64,000 bases of DNA from an uncultured Candidatus Saccharibacteria bacterium. Lineage in GTDB: Bacteria; Patescibacteriota; Minisyncoccia; Minisyncoccales; GWA2-38-27. Location: positions 7,540 to 71,539 of the forward strand of contig CAYZKD010000001.1 in the NCBI GenBank assembly GCA_964479375.1. Reading direction: 5' to 3'. This document shows positions 1 to 9,059 of this stretch, in pieces. Positions within the stretch are counted from its first letter, which is position 1, and every line of letters begins with the position of its first letter. Below the pieces are notes generated by a model that saw only the letters and a list, made by a program, of their open reading frames with translations, did no database searches and had not been told where the DNA came from. Position numbers and translations under genes: made by a program.

Positions 1-1
1 G

Positions 2-58
2 AAGAAATGGACAGATAAATTAATAATAAAAAGAAGAAAAAAGAAGAAAAATAGATAA
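2..58 (+). CDS. rplB: ribosomal protein L2, C-terminal fragment (5' partial at window edge)
   Basis: Frame 2 reads a basic tail ...KRRKKKKNR* ending immediately upstream of rpsS. L2 normally precedes S19. Very short, so tentative. Confidence 0.35.
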   Translation, partial: KKWTDKLIIKRRKKKKNR

Positions 59-60
59 AT

Positions 61-369
61 ATGGCTAGATCGCTTAAAAAAGGCCCGTATATTGATGAGA
101 ATCTGATAAATAAGGTGAAGAATTCCAAGTTGGGCGATAAGATAAAGACTTGGTCCAGACAATGTACCATAGTGCCGGAAATGGTGGGTTTTAATTTTGG
201 CGTTTATAACGGCAAAGAATTTGTAGATGTGAGCGTAACAGAAGATATGGTCGGCCACAAACTTGGGGAGTTTTCTCCCGCTACCAAATTCTCCAGGCAC
301 GGAGGCAGAATACAGAGAGAAATAGAGAAAAAGCCCGCCTCCGGCGGTCCGCCAGAAAAATCTAAATAA
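61..369 (+). CDS. rpsS: 30S ribosomal protein S19
   Basis: [12 protein letters not shown]...[14 protein letters not shown]...[12 protein letters not shown] matches the S19 signature. Confidence 0.95.
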   Translation: MARSLKKGPYIDENLINKVKNSKLGDKIKTWSRQCTIVPEMVGFNFGVYNGKEFVDVSVTEDMVGHKLGEFSPATKFSRHGGRIQREIEKKPASGGPPEKSK

Positions 370-377
370 TTTGATTT

Positions 378-905
378 ATGCAAGTTAATGCCCGCTTAAA
401 ACATCTTAGGGTGGCGCCCAGGAAAGTAAGGCTTGTTGCCGATGTGATCAGGAACAAAAAGGCAGAAGAAGCCCAGAACATTTTGAGTTTTACGGTCAGG
501 AAAGCAGCAAAACCCATGCTTGATTTGGTTAATTCTGCCCTGGCTAACGCTCAGAACAATTTTCAACTTGACTCTAAAAATTTATACATTTCCAAGATAA
601 TGGTTGGCGAGGGGCCTAAACTGAAAAGATGGAAACCCCGGGCGAGGGGACAGGCGGGAGCAATCCAGAAAAAAACATCGCATATAACTTTGGTTTTAGA
701 TGAAGTCAGGGCTAAGTCCGAAAAGAAAAAAAGCAAGGAAAAGCCAGAAGTAGTAAAGAGGCCGGGGACAGATATTAAAGATGCTATAAAGGAGCCTCCG
801 AAAGAGAAGAAAAAAAAGGAGTTCAAAAAGCAGGATAAAGGTTTTAAGAAACCCAAACAGGCTTCAGGAGCAGGCCCTAGAATTTTTAGGAGAAAATCTA
901 TATAA
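378..905 (+). CDS. rplV: 50S ribosomal protein L22 with a long K/E-rich C-terminal extension
   Basis: The L22 core (LVADVIRNKKAEEAQNIL...ISKIMVGEGPKLKRWKPRARGQA) is followed by an extra lysine-rich tail of about 60 aa. Confidence 0.9.
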   Translation: MQVNARLKHLRVAPRKVRLVADVIRNKKAEEAQNILSFTVRKAAKPMLDLVNSALANAQNNFQLDSKNLYISKIMVGEGPKLKRWKPRARGQAGAIQKKTSHITLVLDEVRAKSEKKKSKEKPEVVKRPGTDIKDAIKEPPKEKKKKEFKKQDKGFKKPKQASGAGPRIFRRKSI

Positions 906-914
906 TTAATATTT

Positions 915-1598
915 ATGGCACACAAAGTTGATCCAAAAACATTTAGGACGAGAAGGATTTCTGATTGGAAGACCCGTGCTTTTTATGAGAATCCTGCCAG
1001 ATACCTTGAAGAAGATTTTGTAATAAGAGAATTTTTAAAAGAAAAACTGGAAAAGTTTGGATTGGAGGAGATAGAGATTGAAAGATCCGCAGCCAAGCTT
1101 AGTATTATAATCACCAGTTCTCGCCCCGGTCTGATAATCGGCAGAGGGGGAGAGGGCGTAGAGATCATAAAAAAAGGACTGGAAGAAAAACTGAATAAGA
1201 TTTCCAAACATCCTTGGCAGAAAGACAAGGGAAGAAAAAAAAGAGAAGGAGATAAAAGAGAAATGAAGATAGAGATCAAAGAGATTAAAAATCCCTGGGT
1301 CTCTGCCAGCTTGACAGCCCAGTGGGCCGCTTCCCAATTGGAGAAGAGAATGGCTTATAGAAGGGTTTTAAAGCAGGCCCTGAGCAAGATGGTGGCCAAC
1401 AAAGAGGTTAAGGGAGCAAGGATAGAGTTGTCGGGACGCCTTAATGGTGCCGAAATTGCAAGAAGGCAATGGGTCGCTTCGGGCAACCTTCCCTTGCAGA
1501 CCCTAAGGGCCGACATTGACTATGCCAAGCACATAGCAAGATGTTCTTACGGGGTGATTGGAATAAAAGTTTGGATTTATAAAGGAGAATTATTCTAA
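915..1598 (+). CDS. rpsC: 30S ribosomal protein S3
   Basis: MAHKVDPKTFR..., KH-domain motif IIGRGGEGVEIIKK and the S3 C-terminal domain. Contains a KE-rich insertion. Confidence 0.95.
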   Translation: MAHKVDPKTFRTRRISDWKTRAFYENPARYLEEDFVIREFLKEKLEKFGLEEIEIERSAAKLSIIITSSRPGLIIGRGGEGVEIIKKGLEEKLNKISKHPWQKDKGRKKREGDKREMKIEIKEIKNPWVSASLTAQWAASQLEKRMAYRRVLKQALSKMVANKEVKGARIELSGRLNGAEIARRQWVASGNLPLQTLRADIDYAKHIARCSYGVIGIKVWIYKGELF

Positions 1599-1602
1599 GA
1601 CT

Positions 1603-2013
1603 ATGGCCCTTTTAATGCCTAAAAAAGTAAAACATAGGAAACAAAGACAGAGAGCGCATAAGGGAAAGGACAAAAAAGCCACGGAACTCCACTTTGGAAA
1701 TTGGGGGCTTAAGGCAATGACTGAAAGATGGATTACTTCCAGCCAGATCGAGGCTGCCAGAAGAAGCATTATCAGATATCTGAAAAAGGGAGGGAAGGTT
1801 TGGATAAGAGTATTTCCCAATAAAGCAGTGAGCAAGAAAGGAACAGAGGTGCCCATGGGAGGGGGCAAGGGAGCTGTCGACCACTATGTTTATCCTGTGA
1901 GAAAAGGGAGAATTCTTTTCGAAGTAAGCGGTATCCCGGAAGCAGAAGCCAGCGAGGCGTTGAGAAAAGCAGGAAACAAACTGCCGCTAAAAACAAAGTT
2001 TGTCAAAAGATAA
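1603..2013 (+). CDS. rplP: 50S ribosomal protein L16
   Basis: MPKKVKHRKQ...IEAARRSIIRYLKKGGKVWIRVFPNKAVSKK matches L16. The true start may be the internal Met at 1615. Confidence 0.93.
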   Translation: MALLMPKKVKHRKQRQRAHKGKDKKATELHFGNWGLKAMTERWITSSQIEAARRSIIRYLKKGGKVWIRVFPNKAVSKKGTEVPMGGGKGAVDHYVYPVRKGRILFEVSGIPEAEASEALRKAGNKLPLKTKFVKR

Positions 2014-2199
2014 ATGAAAACCAAAGAATTAAGACAAAAAAATAAAAAGGAGATGCGGCAGACACTTCGCAATTTAAGAGAAAAATTAAGGCAGCTAAGG
2101 TTTGATCTTTCTGCTGGGAAAGTAAAGAATGTTAAAGAATTGAGGGAGATTAAGAAAGATATTGCCAAAACCCTTACTGTTTTAAATGAAAAAGAATAA
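2014..2199 (+). CDS. rpmC: 50S ribosomal protein L29
   Basis: 61-aa helical protein [30 protein letters not shown] in the operon position of L29. Confidence 0.85.
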   Translation: MKTKELRQKNKKEMRQTLRNLREKLRQLRFDLSAGKVKNVKELREIKKDIAKTLTVLNEKE

Positions 2200-2201
2200 T
2201 T

Positions 2202-2471
2202 ATGCCTAAAAAAAGATTAACAGGAACAGTCGTTTCCAATAAAATGAACAAAACCCTGGTTGTGGAGGTTGAACGAAAAAAAGAACACCCAAAGTATAAG
2301 AGAAAGTACCGGGTTGGAAAAAGATACAAGGCCCACTATGAAAATGGAGAGTTTAAAGTTGGAAGCAGGGTTGTGATAGAGGAGTGTCCTCCCAAGAGCA
2401 AAGATAAAAAATGGAGAGTGGTTCAGGGTGATCCTTCCTTGGAAGAGCAGTCCGGTAACCCAGATAATTAA
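2202..2471 (+). CDS. rpsQ: 30S ribosomal protein S17
   Basis: [43 protein letters not shown] matches the S17 OB-fold signature. Confidence 0.9.
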   Translation: MPKKRLTGTVVSNKMNKTLVVEVERKKEHPKYKRKYRVGKRYKAHYENGEFKVGSRVVIEECPPKSKDKKWRVVQGDPSLEEQSGNPDN

Positions 2472-2473
2472 TT

Positions 2474-2842
2474 ATGATTCAGACTCAGACAAAATTGAAA
2501 GTGGCAGATAATTCAGGGGCAAAGATTATAGAATGCATTAAGGTGTTGGGGTCAAGCAGAAAAAGGTATGCTCAGTTAGGGGACATTATCGTAGCCGCTG
2601 TCAAAGAGGCAGATCCCAGGAGGCCGGTCGAGAAACATCAGGTAGTTAAGGCAGTAATAGCCAGACAAAAAAAGCCTTTTAGGAGAAAGAATGGCTTTTA
2701 CATATCTTTTGACGAGAACGCGGCCGTGGTTTTAGGGAACAACAAAGAACCCAAAGGGGGGAGAATTTTCGGTCCCATTGCCAAGGAATTAAGAGAAAAG
2801 GGATTCGAGAAAATAACTAATTTAGCAAAAGACATTGTTTAA
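2474..2842 (+). CDS. rplN: 50S ribosomal protein L14
   Basis: MIQTQTKLKVADNSGAKIIECIKVLGSS...GDIIVAAVKEA is canonical L14. Confidence 0.95.
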   Translation: MIQTQTKLKVADNSGAKIIECIKVLGSSRKRYAQLGDIIVAAVKEADPRRPVEKHQVVKAVIARQKKPFRRKNGFYISFDENAAVVLGNNKEPKGGRIFGPIAKELREKGFEKITNLAKDIV

Positions 2843-2843
2843 A

Positions 2844-3155
2844 ATGCATATTCGCAAAGGCGACAAAGTTTTAGTGGTCGCGGGGAAAGACAAAGGAAGA
2901 AAGGGCAAGGTGATAGATGTTTTTCCGAAACAAGGCAAGATTTCTGTCGAAGGTCTTAATTTAAAGAAGAAAAGCATTAAGCCGAAAAAGTCTGGGGAGA
3001 AGGGACAGATAGTCCAGGCTCCTGCTCCGGTTATTTCTTCAAACGTGAAGGTTGTCTGTAGCAAGTGCGGCAAGCCCACTCGAGTGGGTTACAAAAAAGA
3101 AGGAGATAATAAATACAGGGTTTGCAAGAAATGCAAGGAGGCAATAGACAGTTAA
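2844..3155 (+). CDS. rplX: 50S ribosomal protein L24 with a C-terminal zinc-ribbon-like extension
   Basis: MHIRKGDKVLVVAGKDKGRKGKVIDV is the KOW motif of L24. The C-terminus carries CSKCGK...CKKCK. Start placed at ATG 2844 to avoid overlapping the end of rplN. Confidence 0.9.
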   Translation: MHIRKGDKVLVVAGKDKGRKGKVIDVFPKQGKISVEGLNLKKKSIKPKKSGEKGQIVQAPAPVISSNVKVVCSKCGKPTRVGYKKEGDNKYRVCKKCKEAIDS

Positions 3156-3167
3156 TTATGAAAAAGG

Positions 3168-3234
3168 CAATTACCCTGACACCCGGTTTAAGAAACCTCT
3201 CGGTTTTTTACTTTTTTCCGACACAGGGTAATCG
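3168..3234. repeat. nested palindromic element in the rplX-rplE spacer
   Basis: An outer 9-bp inverted repeat ATTACCCTG...CAGGGTAAT encloses an inner hairpin AGAAACC-TCTC-GGTTTTTT followed by a T-run. rplX and rplE are normally adjacent. Confidence 0.5.
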
Positions 3235-3250
3235 CCATAATTAAAAAATT

Positions 3251-3817
3251 ATGGGTAACATAAAGGAAAAATACCAAAAAGAGGCAGTTCCTCAAATAAT
3301 GAAAGAGGAGAAAGTAAAAAGTCCCATGGCAGTCCCCGCTATTGAAAAAGTGGTAGTGAGCACTGGTTTTGGCAAAAAAGTTGCCGGCCTGGGCTCAGAC
3401 GCGCAGAAGAAGACTTCTTCTTCTATTGCCAAAGACCTTTCCTTGATTACAGGCCAGTACCCCGTGTTGAATAATGCGAGGAGGGCCATTTCCAGTTTTA
3501 AATTAAGAAAAGGAATGCCAGTGGGCGCTTCGGTTGTTTTAAGGGGAGAAAAAATGTACGATTTTCTGGAGAGGGTTATTAACATAGCTCTCCCCAGATC
3601 CCGAGATTTTAGCGGGATCCCCTTGAAATCTTTTGATAGGGAGGGTAACCTTACTATACCAGTAAAAGAACATACTGTTTTCCCCGAAATTTTACCTGAA
3701 GACTCTAAGGTTTCTTTCGGCTTGGAAATAACAGTAGTTACTACTGCTAATAAAAAAGAAGGGGGCGTAAAATTGCTGAGATTATTGGGCTTTCCTCTTA
3801 GAAAAGAAGAATTATAA
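3251..3817 (+). CDS. rplE: 50S ribosomal protein L5
   Basis: Collinear with L5, e.g. [17 protein letters not shown]...[10 protein letters not shown]. Confidence 0.95.
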   Translation: MGNIKEKYQKEAVPQIMKEEKVKSPMAVPAIEKVVVSTGFGKKVAGLGSDAQKKTSSSIAKDLSLITGQYPVLNNARRAISSFKLRKGMPVGASVVLRGEKMYDFLERVINIALPRSRDFSGIPLKSFDREGNLTIPVKEHTVFPEILPEDSKVSFGLEITVVTTANKKEGGVKLLRLLGFPLRKEEL

Positions 3818-3819
3818 AT

Positions 3820-4005
3820 ATGGCTAAAGAGTCGCAAATAGCAAAATCAAATAAAAAACCGAAATATAGCACCAGGGTAGTAAGGCGTTGCTTTAGGTGT
3901 GGAAGAAAGAGGGGCTATATGAGGAAATTCGGTTTGTGCAGGATATGCTTTAGGGAAATGGCAAATAAAGGAGAAATCCCCGGGATTAAAAAATCATCTT
4001 GGTAA
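3820..4005 (+). CDS. rpsZ: 30S ribosomal protein S14, zinc-binding type Z
   Basis: 61 aa with [23 protein letters not shown] (the C-x2-C...C-x2-C motif of S14 type Z). Confidence 0.9.
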   Translation: MAKESQIAKSNKKPKYSTRVVRRCFRCGRKRGYMRKFGLCRICFREMANKGEIPGIKKSSW

Positions 4006-4012
4006 ATTATTT

Positions 4013-4420
4013 ATGACAGATCCAGTATCAGATATGCTAAACAGAATAAGGAATGCCCAGGCAGTTTGTGCGCCGTCAGTGCCGGTTCCCTTTTCTAATT
4101 TTAAATATCAAATAGCAAAGGTTTTAGAAAAAGAGGGGTACGTCAAGAAAGTAGAGAGAAAAGGAAAAAAGCCCGATAAAACGATCAAGATTGATTTGAA
4201 ATACATAAAAGACCCTTCTTCAATAATGCCTGCTCCGTTTATCAATGGTCTAAAAAAAACCTCAAAGCCGGGACAGAGAATCTATGCCTCCAGCAAGGAT
4301 ATGAGAACCACTAAGGGTAAACTTTCTCAATTGATTGTGACTACCTCCGAGGGAGCAATGACAGCAAGAGAGGCTAAAAAGAAAAATGTTGGAGGAGAAA
4401 TAATTTTTGAGATCTGGTAA
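4013..4420 (+). CDS. rpsH: 30S ribosomal protein S8
   Basis: MTDPVSDMLNRIRNAQAV...EGYV...IVTTSEGAMTAREAKKKNVGGEIIFEIW matches the S8 signature. Confidence 0.95.
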   Translation: MTDPVSDMLNRIRNAQAVCAPSVPVPFSNFKYQIAKVLEKEGYVKKVERKGKKPDKTIKIDLKYIKDPSSIMPAPFINGLKKTSKPGQRIYASSKDMRTTKGKLSQLIVTTSEGAMTAREAKKKNVGGEIIFEIW

Positions 4421-4422
4421 TT

Positions 4423-4971
4423 ATGTCTAGAATAGGAAAAAAACCAATATCAATTCCCGAAGGGGTGGAAGTTCAGAAAGAAGGAGAAAAAATAAAAGTA
4501 AAAGGCTCTAAAGGAGAATTAGAGAGGGCTGTTAACCCTGAAATCAGGGTTGAAATAAAAGAAAACCGGATATCGGTTATTCCTCAGGGAGAAACCAAAA
4601 AAACAAAAGCCCTCTGGGGTTTAAACAGGGCCCTTATTGCCAATATGGTCCAAGGAGTCACCAATGGTTTTGAAAAGAAACTGGAAATAGAAGGAGTGGG
4701 TTATAAGGCAAGGATGGAGGGCAATGATTTGATAATCGAGGTTGGATTTTCCCATCCCGTAAAAATTGCTGCCCCTGAAGGAATTAATTTTTCCGTAGTA
4801 AAAAATATTATAACCGTTTTTGGCATAGAGAAAGACAAGGTGGGACAGTTGGCAGCCAAAATAAGAAGAGTTAAGCCGCCAGAGCCTTATAAAGGCAAGG
4901 GCATTAGATATCAAGGCGAGAAAATTAGAAGAAAGGCCGGCAAAAAAGCAGCAGCGTCTGAAGGAGAATAA
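4423..4971 (+). CDS. rplF: 50S ribosomal protein L6
   Basis: MSRIGKKPISIPEGVEV...GVGYKA...GFSHPV is canonical L6. Confidence 0.95.
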   Translation: MSRIGKKPISIPEGVEVQKEGEKIKVKGSKGELERAVNPEIRVEIKENRISVIPQGETKKTKALWGLNRALIANMVQGVTNGFEKKLEIEGVGYKARMEGNDLIIEVGFSHPVKIAAPEGINFSVVKNIITVFGIEKDKVGQLAAKIRRVKPPEPYKGKGIRYQGEKIRRKAGKKAAASEGE

Positions 4972-4973
4972 TT

Positions 4974-5339
4974 ATGACAGTTAATACAAAGACCAAAAGA
5001 AAAAGAAGACACAGGGCGTTGAGGCAAAAAATAAAGGGGGTAGCCGGCCGGCCGCGCCTTTGCGTTTTTAGGTCTTCAAAGCATATATATGCTCAATTAG
5101 TTGACGACCAGAAAAGGAAGACTCTTCTTTCTGCTTCGGACAAGGAGATCGGGAAGAAGAGATCCCCTAAGGATTATTCCGGGAAAAAGGGGAAAGCATA
5201 CGTTGTCGGACAAATAATAGCCCAGAAATCTCAGGATAAGGAAATAAAGGAAGCGGTTTTTGACAGAGGAGGGTACAAATACTGTGGTAGAGTCAAGGCC
5301 TTGGCAGAAGGAGCCAGAAAAGAAGGTCTAAGGTTCTAA
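4974..5339 (+). CDS. rplR: 50S ribosomal protein L18
   Basis: KRKRRHRALRQKIKG...RPRLCVFRSSKHIYAQLVDD...FDRGGYKYCGRVKALAEGAR matches L18. Confidence 0.9.
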   Translation: MTVNTKTKRKRRHRALRQKIKGVAGRPRLCVFRSSKHIYAQLVDDQKRKTLLSASDKEIGKKRSPKDYSGKKGKAYVVGQIIAQKSQDKEIKEAVFDRGGYKYCGRVKALAEGARKEGLRF

Positions 5340-5341
5340 AT

Positions 5342-5830
5342 ATGCAAAATACTAAAAAAATGCCTAAAAGAAGGTTTGAAAAAAAGGACGAGTTTGAGTC
5401 CAAGCTTTTAGACTTAGCCAGAATCGCCAGGATGACAGCAGGCGGAAGACGTTTTAGGTTCAGGGCCCTTGTTATAGTAGGAAACATGAAGGGCAAAGTT
5501 GGTTTTGGCATAGCAAAAGGGGAGGATGTTTCTCAAGCCGTGGAAAAAGCGACCAAAAAAGCAAAAAAGGATCTGGTGGAGGTGCCCATTGTGGAAGACA
5601 CTATTCCTTGCCAAGTGGAAGCCAAATGCGGAGCAGCCCATATTTTATTGAAACCTCAGAGCAAAGGAAGAGGTCTCGTCGCAGGAGGGACAGTAAGGAC
5701 TTTGTGTCTGCTCGCGGGTATTAAGAATATATCCTCTAAGATCATAGGAAAGACAGTCAATAAGGTCAATAACACCAAGGCCACTATTAAGGGTTTTAAG
5801 AAATTAGAAACCTTTGCCAGGAAAAAGTAA
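5342..5830 (+). CDS. rpsE: 30S ribosomal protein S5
   Basis: RMTAGGRRFRFRALVIVGNMKGKVGFGIAKGEDV...GRGLVAGG is canonical S5. It runs directly into rplO, so L30 is absent. Confidence 0.95.
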   Translation: MQNTKKMPKRRFEKKDEFESKLLDLARIARMTAGGRRFRFRALVIVGNMKGKVGFGIAKGEDVSQAVEKATKKAKKDLVEVPIVEDTIPCQVEAKCGAAHILLKPQSKGRGLVAGGTVRTLCLLAGIKNISSKIIGKTVNKVNNTKATIKGFKKLETFARKK

Positions 5831-5832
5831 TT

Positions 5833-6264
5833 ATGCAGTTGCAAGACTTAAAACCAAAACATAAAATAAAAGAAAGAAAGAGAATAGGCAGAGGGGGAAC
5901 GGGAGGTACTTACTCTGGCAGAGGAATAAAGGGCCAGAAAGCTAGAGCCGGCCGTACAACCAAACCGATCATCAGGGGCTTTATTAAGAGATTTCATAAA
6001 TTAAGGGGGTATCAAAATAAAGCCAGGAATAATTTAGTGAGAGTGGTTGACCTGGACCAACTGGAAAAGAGCTTTAAGGGTTTAGAAAAAGTGAGTCCCT
6101 CTTCTTTGGTGGAGAAAGGAGTAGTTTCTAAAATTAAAGGCAGATTGCCTAAGATCAAGATACTGGCAGATGGAGAGATTAAAAAGAAATTGGAAGTAAA
6201 AAAATGCCAAGTTTCTGCTAAAGCCAAAGAGAAAATAGAAAAATCAGGAGGCAGGATTTTATAA
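5833..6264 (+). CDS. rplO: 50S ribosomal protein L15
   Basis: LKPKHKIKERKRIGRGGTGGTYSGRGIKGQKARAG matches L15. Confidence 0.9.
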   Translation: MQLQDLKPKHKIKERKRIGRGGTGGTYSGRGIKGQKARAGRTTKPIIRGFIKRFHKLRGYQNKARNNLVRVVDLDQLEKSFKGLEKVSPSSLVEKGVVSKIKGRLPKIKILADGEIKKKLEVKKCQVSAKAKEKIEKSGGRIL

Positions 6265-7541
6265 TGTGGTATCAAAAAGTAGTCCAAATTTTTAAAATAA
6301 AAGAATTGAGAAACAAGGCGCTTTTTGTTCTCGGTGTTTTTGCTATTTTTCGGGTAATGGCTAATATTCCTATTCCCGGCATTAACGCCGAGAATCTGCA
6401 GAATTTCTTCAATCAATTTCAGATGTTCGGTCTTTTAAACGTGTTCACCGGAGGCGCTTTAGACAAGCTTTCTGTTGTTATGTTGGGACTGGGCCCTTAC
6501 ATTACGGCCGTCATTATTCTCCAGCTACTAACCATGATCTTTCCTCAACTGGAAAAGATATATCACGAGGAAGGAGAGGCGGGCAAGAAGAAGTTTAACC
6601 AATACGGCAGGCTGGCCACCATCCCTCTGGCTTTACTCCAAGGATATGGAATGCTTACTCTTCTGCAGAGACAGGGGGCGATCACCAATACGACTCCCGG
6701 AGTGATGGTAAGTTCTTTGGTTACTATCACAGCGGGCACTGTTCTTTTGATGTGGCTAGGAGAGCTTATTACAGAAAAAGGAATCGGAAACGGAGTTTCT
6801 CTTTTGATCTTTGCAGGAATTATTGCTGGTTTTCCCAGCAATATTCGCCAGATGATAATCACATGGGACGTTTCCAAGGCCCCCTCCTACCTCCTATTCT
6901 TCGCCACAGCCCTTTTAATTATAGCAGGAGTAGTGTGGATTACTCAGGGGAGGCGAAATATACCTATATCTTACGCCAAGAGAGTAAGGGGGAGAAAGGT
7001 TTACGGAGGAGTTTCCACCTATTTGCCTCTTAATGTAAATCCGGCAGGAGTAATTCCTATCATCTTTGCTTTGGCCGTTCTTCTTTTCCCAAGCATGATA
7101 GCCAACTTTTTCGCGGGGTCTGAAGGATTTATAGGGAACGCTGCTCAGGCGGTAAGTGGTTTCTTTTCCAATCCTTGGATTCATGGCATATTCTACTTTG
7201 GTCTGGTTGTTTTATTCACCTTTTTTTATACTGCTGTTACCTTTGACCCTAAGTCCATTGCTTCTAATCTTCAAAAAATGGGAGGATTTATACCCGGCAC
7301 AAGGCCTGGCAAACCTACAGCAGATTTTCTGAAATATATATTAAAAAGAGTATTATTAATCGGCGCTCTCTTTTTGGGGACTATTGCGGTTATGCCCTCT
7401 ATTGTCGGAGGGGTTACCGGCGTTACTACTTTTGGCTTCTTAATAGGAGGAACCTCTATTCTGATTGTGGTTTCTGTTGTTTTGGAGACAATGAAACAGA
7501 TCAACGCTCAACTTCAAATGAGAGAGTACGAGACATTTTAA
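6264..7541 (+). CDS. secY: preprotein translocase subunit SecY
   Basis: 425-aa protein with ten transmembrane segments and SecY motifs (LGVFAIFRVMANIPIPG..., GIGNGVSLLIFAGII), in the conserved position after rplO. Confidence 0.95.
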   Translation: MWYQKVVQIFKIKELRNKALFVLGVFAIFRVMANIPIPGINAENLQNFFNQFQMFGLLNVFTGGALDKLSVVMLGLGPYITAVIILQLLTMIFPQLEKIYHEEGEAGKKKFNQYGRLATIPLALLQGYGMLTLLQRQGAITNTTPGVMVSSLVTITAGTVLLMWLGELITEKGIGNGVSLLIFAGIIAGFPSNIRQMIITWDVSKAPSYLLFFATALLIIAGVVWITQGRRNIPISYAKRVRGRKVYGGVSTYLPLNVNPAGVIPIIFALAVLLFPSMIANFFAGSEGFIGNAAQAVSGFFSNPWIHGIFYFGLVVLFTFFYTAVTFDPKSIASNLQKMGGFIPGTRPGKPTADFLKYILKRVLLIGALFLGTIAVMPSIVGGVTGVTTFGFLIGGTSILIVVSVVLETMKQINAQLQMREYETF

Positions 7542-8239
7542 TGAAAAAACAAGTTATTATATTATTCGGTCCTCCGGGAGCCGGCAAAGGGACTCAGGCA
7601 GAATTGCTGTCTGACAAATTAAGTTTGTATTATTTTGAAACAAGCAAGATTTTAGAGAGAGAATTTGTTAAAGCCGAGGATTCAGACAAAAGGTATATTG
7701 AGGAAGACGGAAAGAAATACGATATCCTTGACGAAAAGAAATTGTGGCAGGGAGGGAAGCTGTGCAGCCCTCCCTTTGTAGCCAATCTTGTTAAAAAAGA
7801 GATAAGAGAGCTGGCAGAAAAAGGAGAGAGCTTGGTTTTAGCAGGATCTCCCCGCACCCTTTATGAGGGAGAGAAAATAACCCCCGTCTTGAAAGACCTT
7901 TACGGAGAAGCCAATATTAAGGTTTTATTCATCGAGATATCTCCCGGAGAAACGCTTTTCAGGAATTCGCATCGCAGAATTTGCGAACTAATGAGGCACC
8001 CCATTTTGTATACAGAACAGACCAAAGACCTTACTATCTGCCCCCTGGACGGGTCTGATCTGGTTGAGAGGAAAGGGTTAGACGATCCTGAGACCATAAA
8101 AGTGAGATTAAAGGAGTACGAAGAAAGAACTCTTCCCTTGCTCGATTTCTTTAAAAAAGAGGGGGTGGGAGTTAGAAAAATTAATGGAGAGCAGTCAGTG
8201 TCCGATGTCTTTAGAGATGTCCAGAAGGCGCTGGAATAA
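7541..8239 (+). CDS. adk: adenylate kinase
   Basis: P-loop ILFGPPGAGKGTQAE, an LID region with cysteines, and the conserved secY-adk-map order. Confidence 0.9.
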   Translation: MKKQVIILFGPPGAGKGTQAELLSDKLSLYYFETSKILEREFVKAEDSDKRYIEEDGKKYDILDEKKLWQGGKLCSPPFVANLVKKEIRELAEKGESLVLAGSPRTLYEGEKITPVLKDLYGEANIKVLFIEISPGETLFRNSHRRICELMRHPILYTEQTKDLTICPLDGSDLVERKGLDDPETIKVRLKEYEERTLPLLDFFKKEGVGVRKINGEQSVSDVFRDVQKALE

Positions 8240-8241
8240 TT

Positions 8242-8994
8242 ATGGGGGTGATAATTAAAAACAAACGAGAAATTCAGGTTATGGCAGAATCTGGGAAGAT
8301 TTTAGCCAAGATCTTAAAAGAGGTCGCCACCAACGTTAGGCCGGGAATTACTACCAATTATTTAAACAAGGTCGCAGAAGACCTTGTTTTTAAGTATAAA
8401 GTAAAGCCTTCTTTTGAGGGATACGACGGATTTCCTGCTGTTTTATGCACTTCTGTGAATGAGGAGATCGTTCATGCTGTGCCCTCGGAGAGAAAGCTTC
8501 AGGAAGGAGATATATTGTCTCTGGATATGGGGGTTTGCTATAAGGGGTTCCATTCTGACATGGCTGTGACTTTGCCTGTGGGAGAGATCGGCTCTGAGGC
8601 CGGCAGATTGATTAAGACTACCAAAAAAGCCCTTAAGAGAGGGATTAAAAAAGCCAAGCCCGGCAACGCCTTGGGAGACATAGGGAATACTATGCAGCGC
8701 TTTGTTGAGGGACAGGGATTCGGCGTAGTCAGAGATCTTTGCGGACACGGCATAGGCCGGAATCTCCACGAAGACCCCCAAGTTCTTAATTTTGGCAAGC
8801 GTCACAAGGGGATGGAATTAAAAGAAGGCATGGTTATTTGCATAGAGCCCATGGTCGCAATGGGAGGCTATAGAATAGAGAAGACAGAAGACAATCATGG
8901 CTACAAGACATGCGACAATTCTTTATCTGCCCATTTTGAGCATACTTTGGTCATAACAAGAAAGGGGGCAAGGGTGCTTACTTTCTTGGAATAA
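8242..8994 (+). CDS. map: methionine aminopeptidase type I
   Basis: MetAP metal-ligand context is present (ILSLDMGVCYKGFHSD, CGHGIGRNLHEDP, ICIEPM, FEHTLVIT). Confidence 0.95.
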   Translation: MGVIIKNKREIQVMAESGKILAKILKEVATNVRPGITTNYLNKVAEDLVFKYKVKPSFEGYDGFPAVLCTSVNEEIVHAVPSERKLQEGDILSLDMGVCYKGFHSDMAVTLPVGEIGSEAGRLIKTTKKALKRGIKKAKPGNALGDIGNTMQRFVEGQGFGVVRDLCGHGIGRNLHEDPQVLNFGKRHKGMELKEGMVICIEPMVAMGGYRIEKTEDNHGYKTCDNSLSAHFEHTLVITRKGARVLTFLE

Positions 8995-9059
8995 TTTTCC
9001 ACTTATTTAATTTATGTTTTTCTGTTAGAATAAGATAAGAATAATATAAAAAATACTTT

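Noticed and set aside
3158-3247. 29-aa ORF MKKAITLTPGLRNLSVFYFFPTQGNRHN in the rplX-rplE spacer
   Set aside because: It coincides with a palindromic element and is more likely a structural RNA or DNA feature than a peptide gene.
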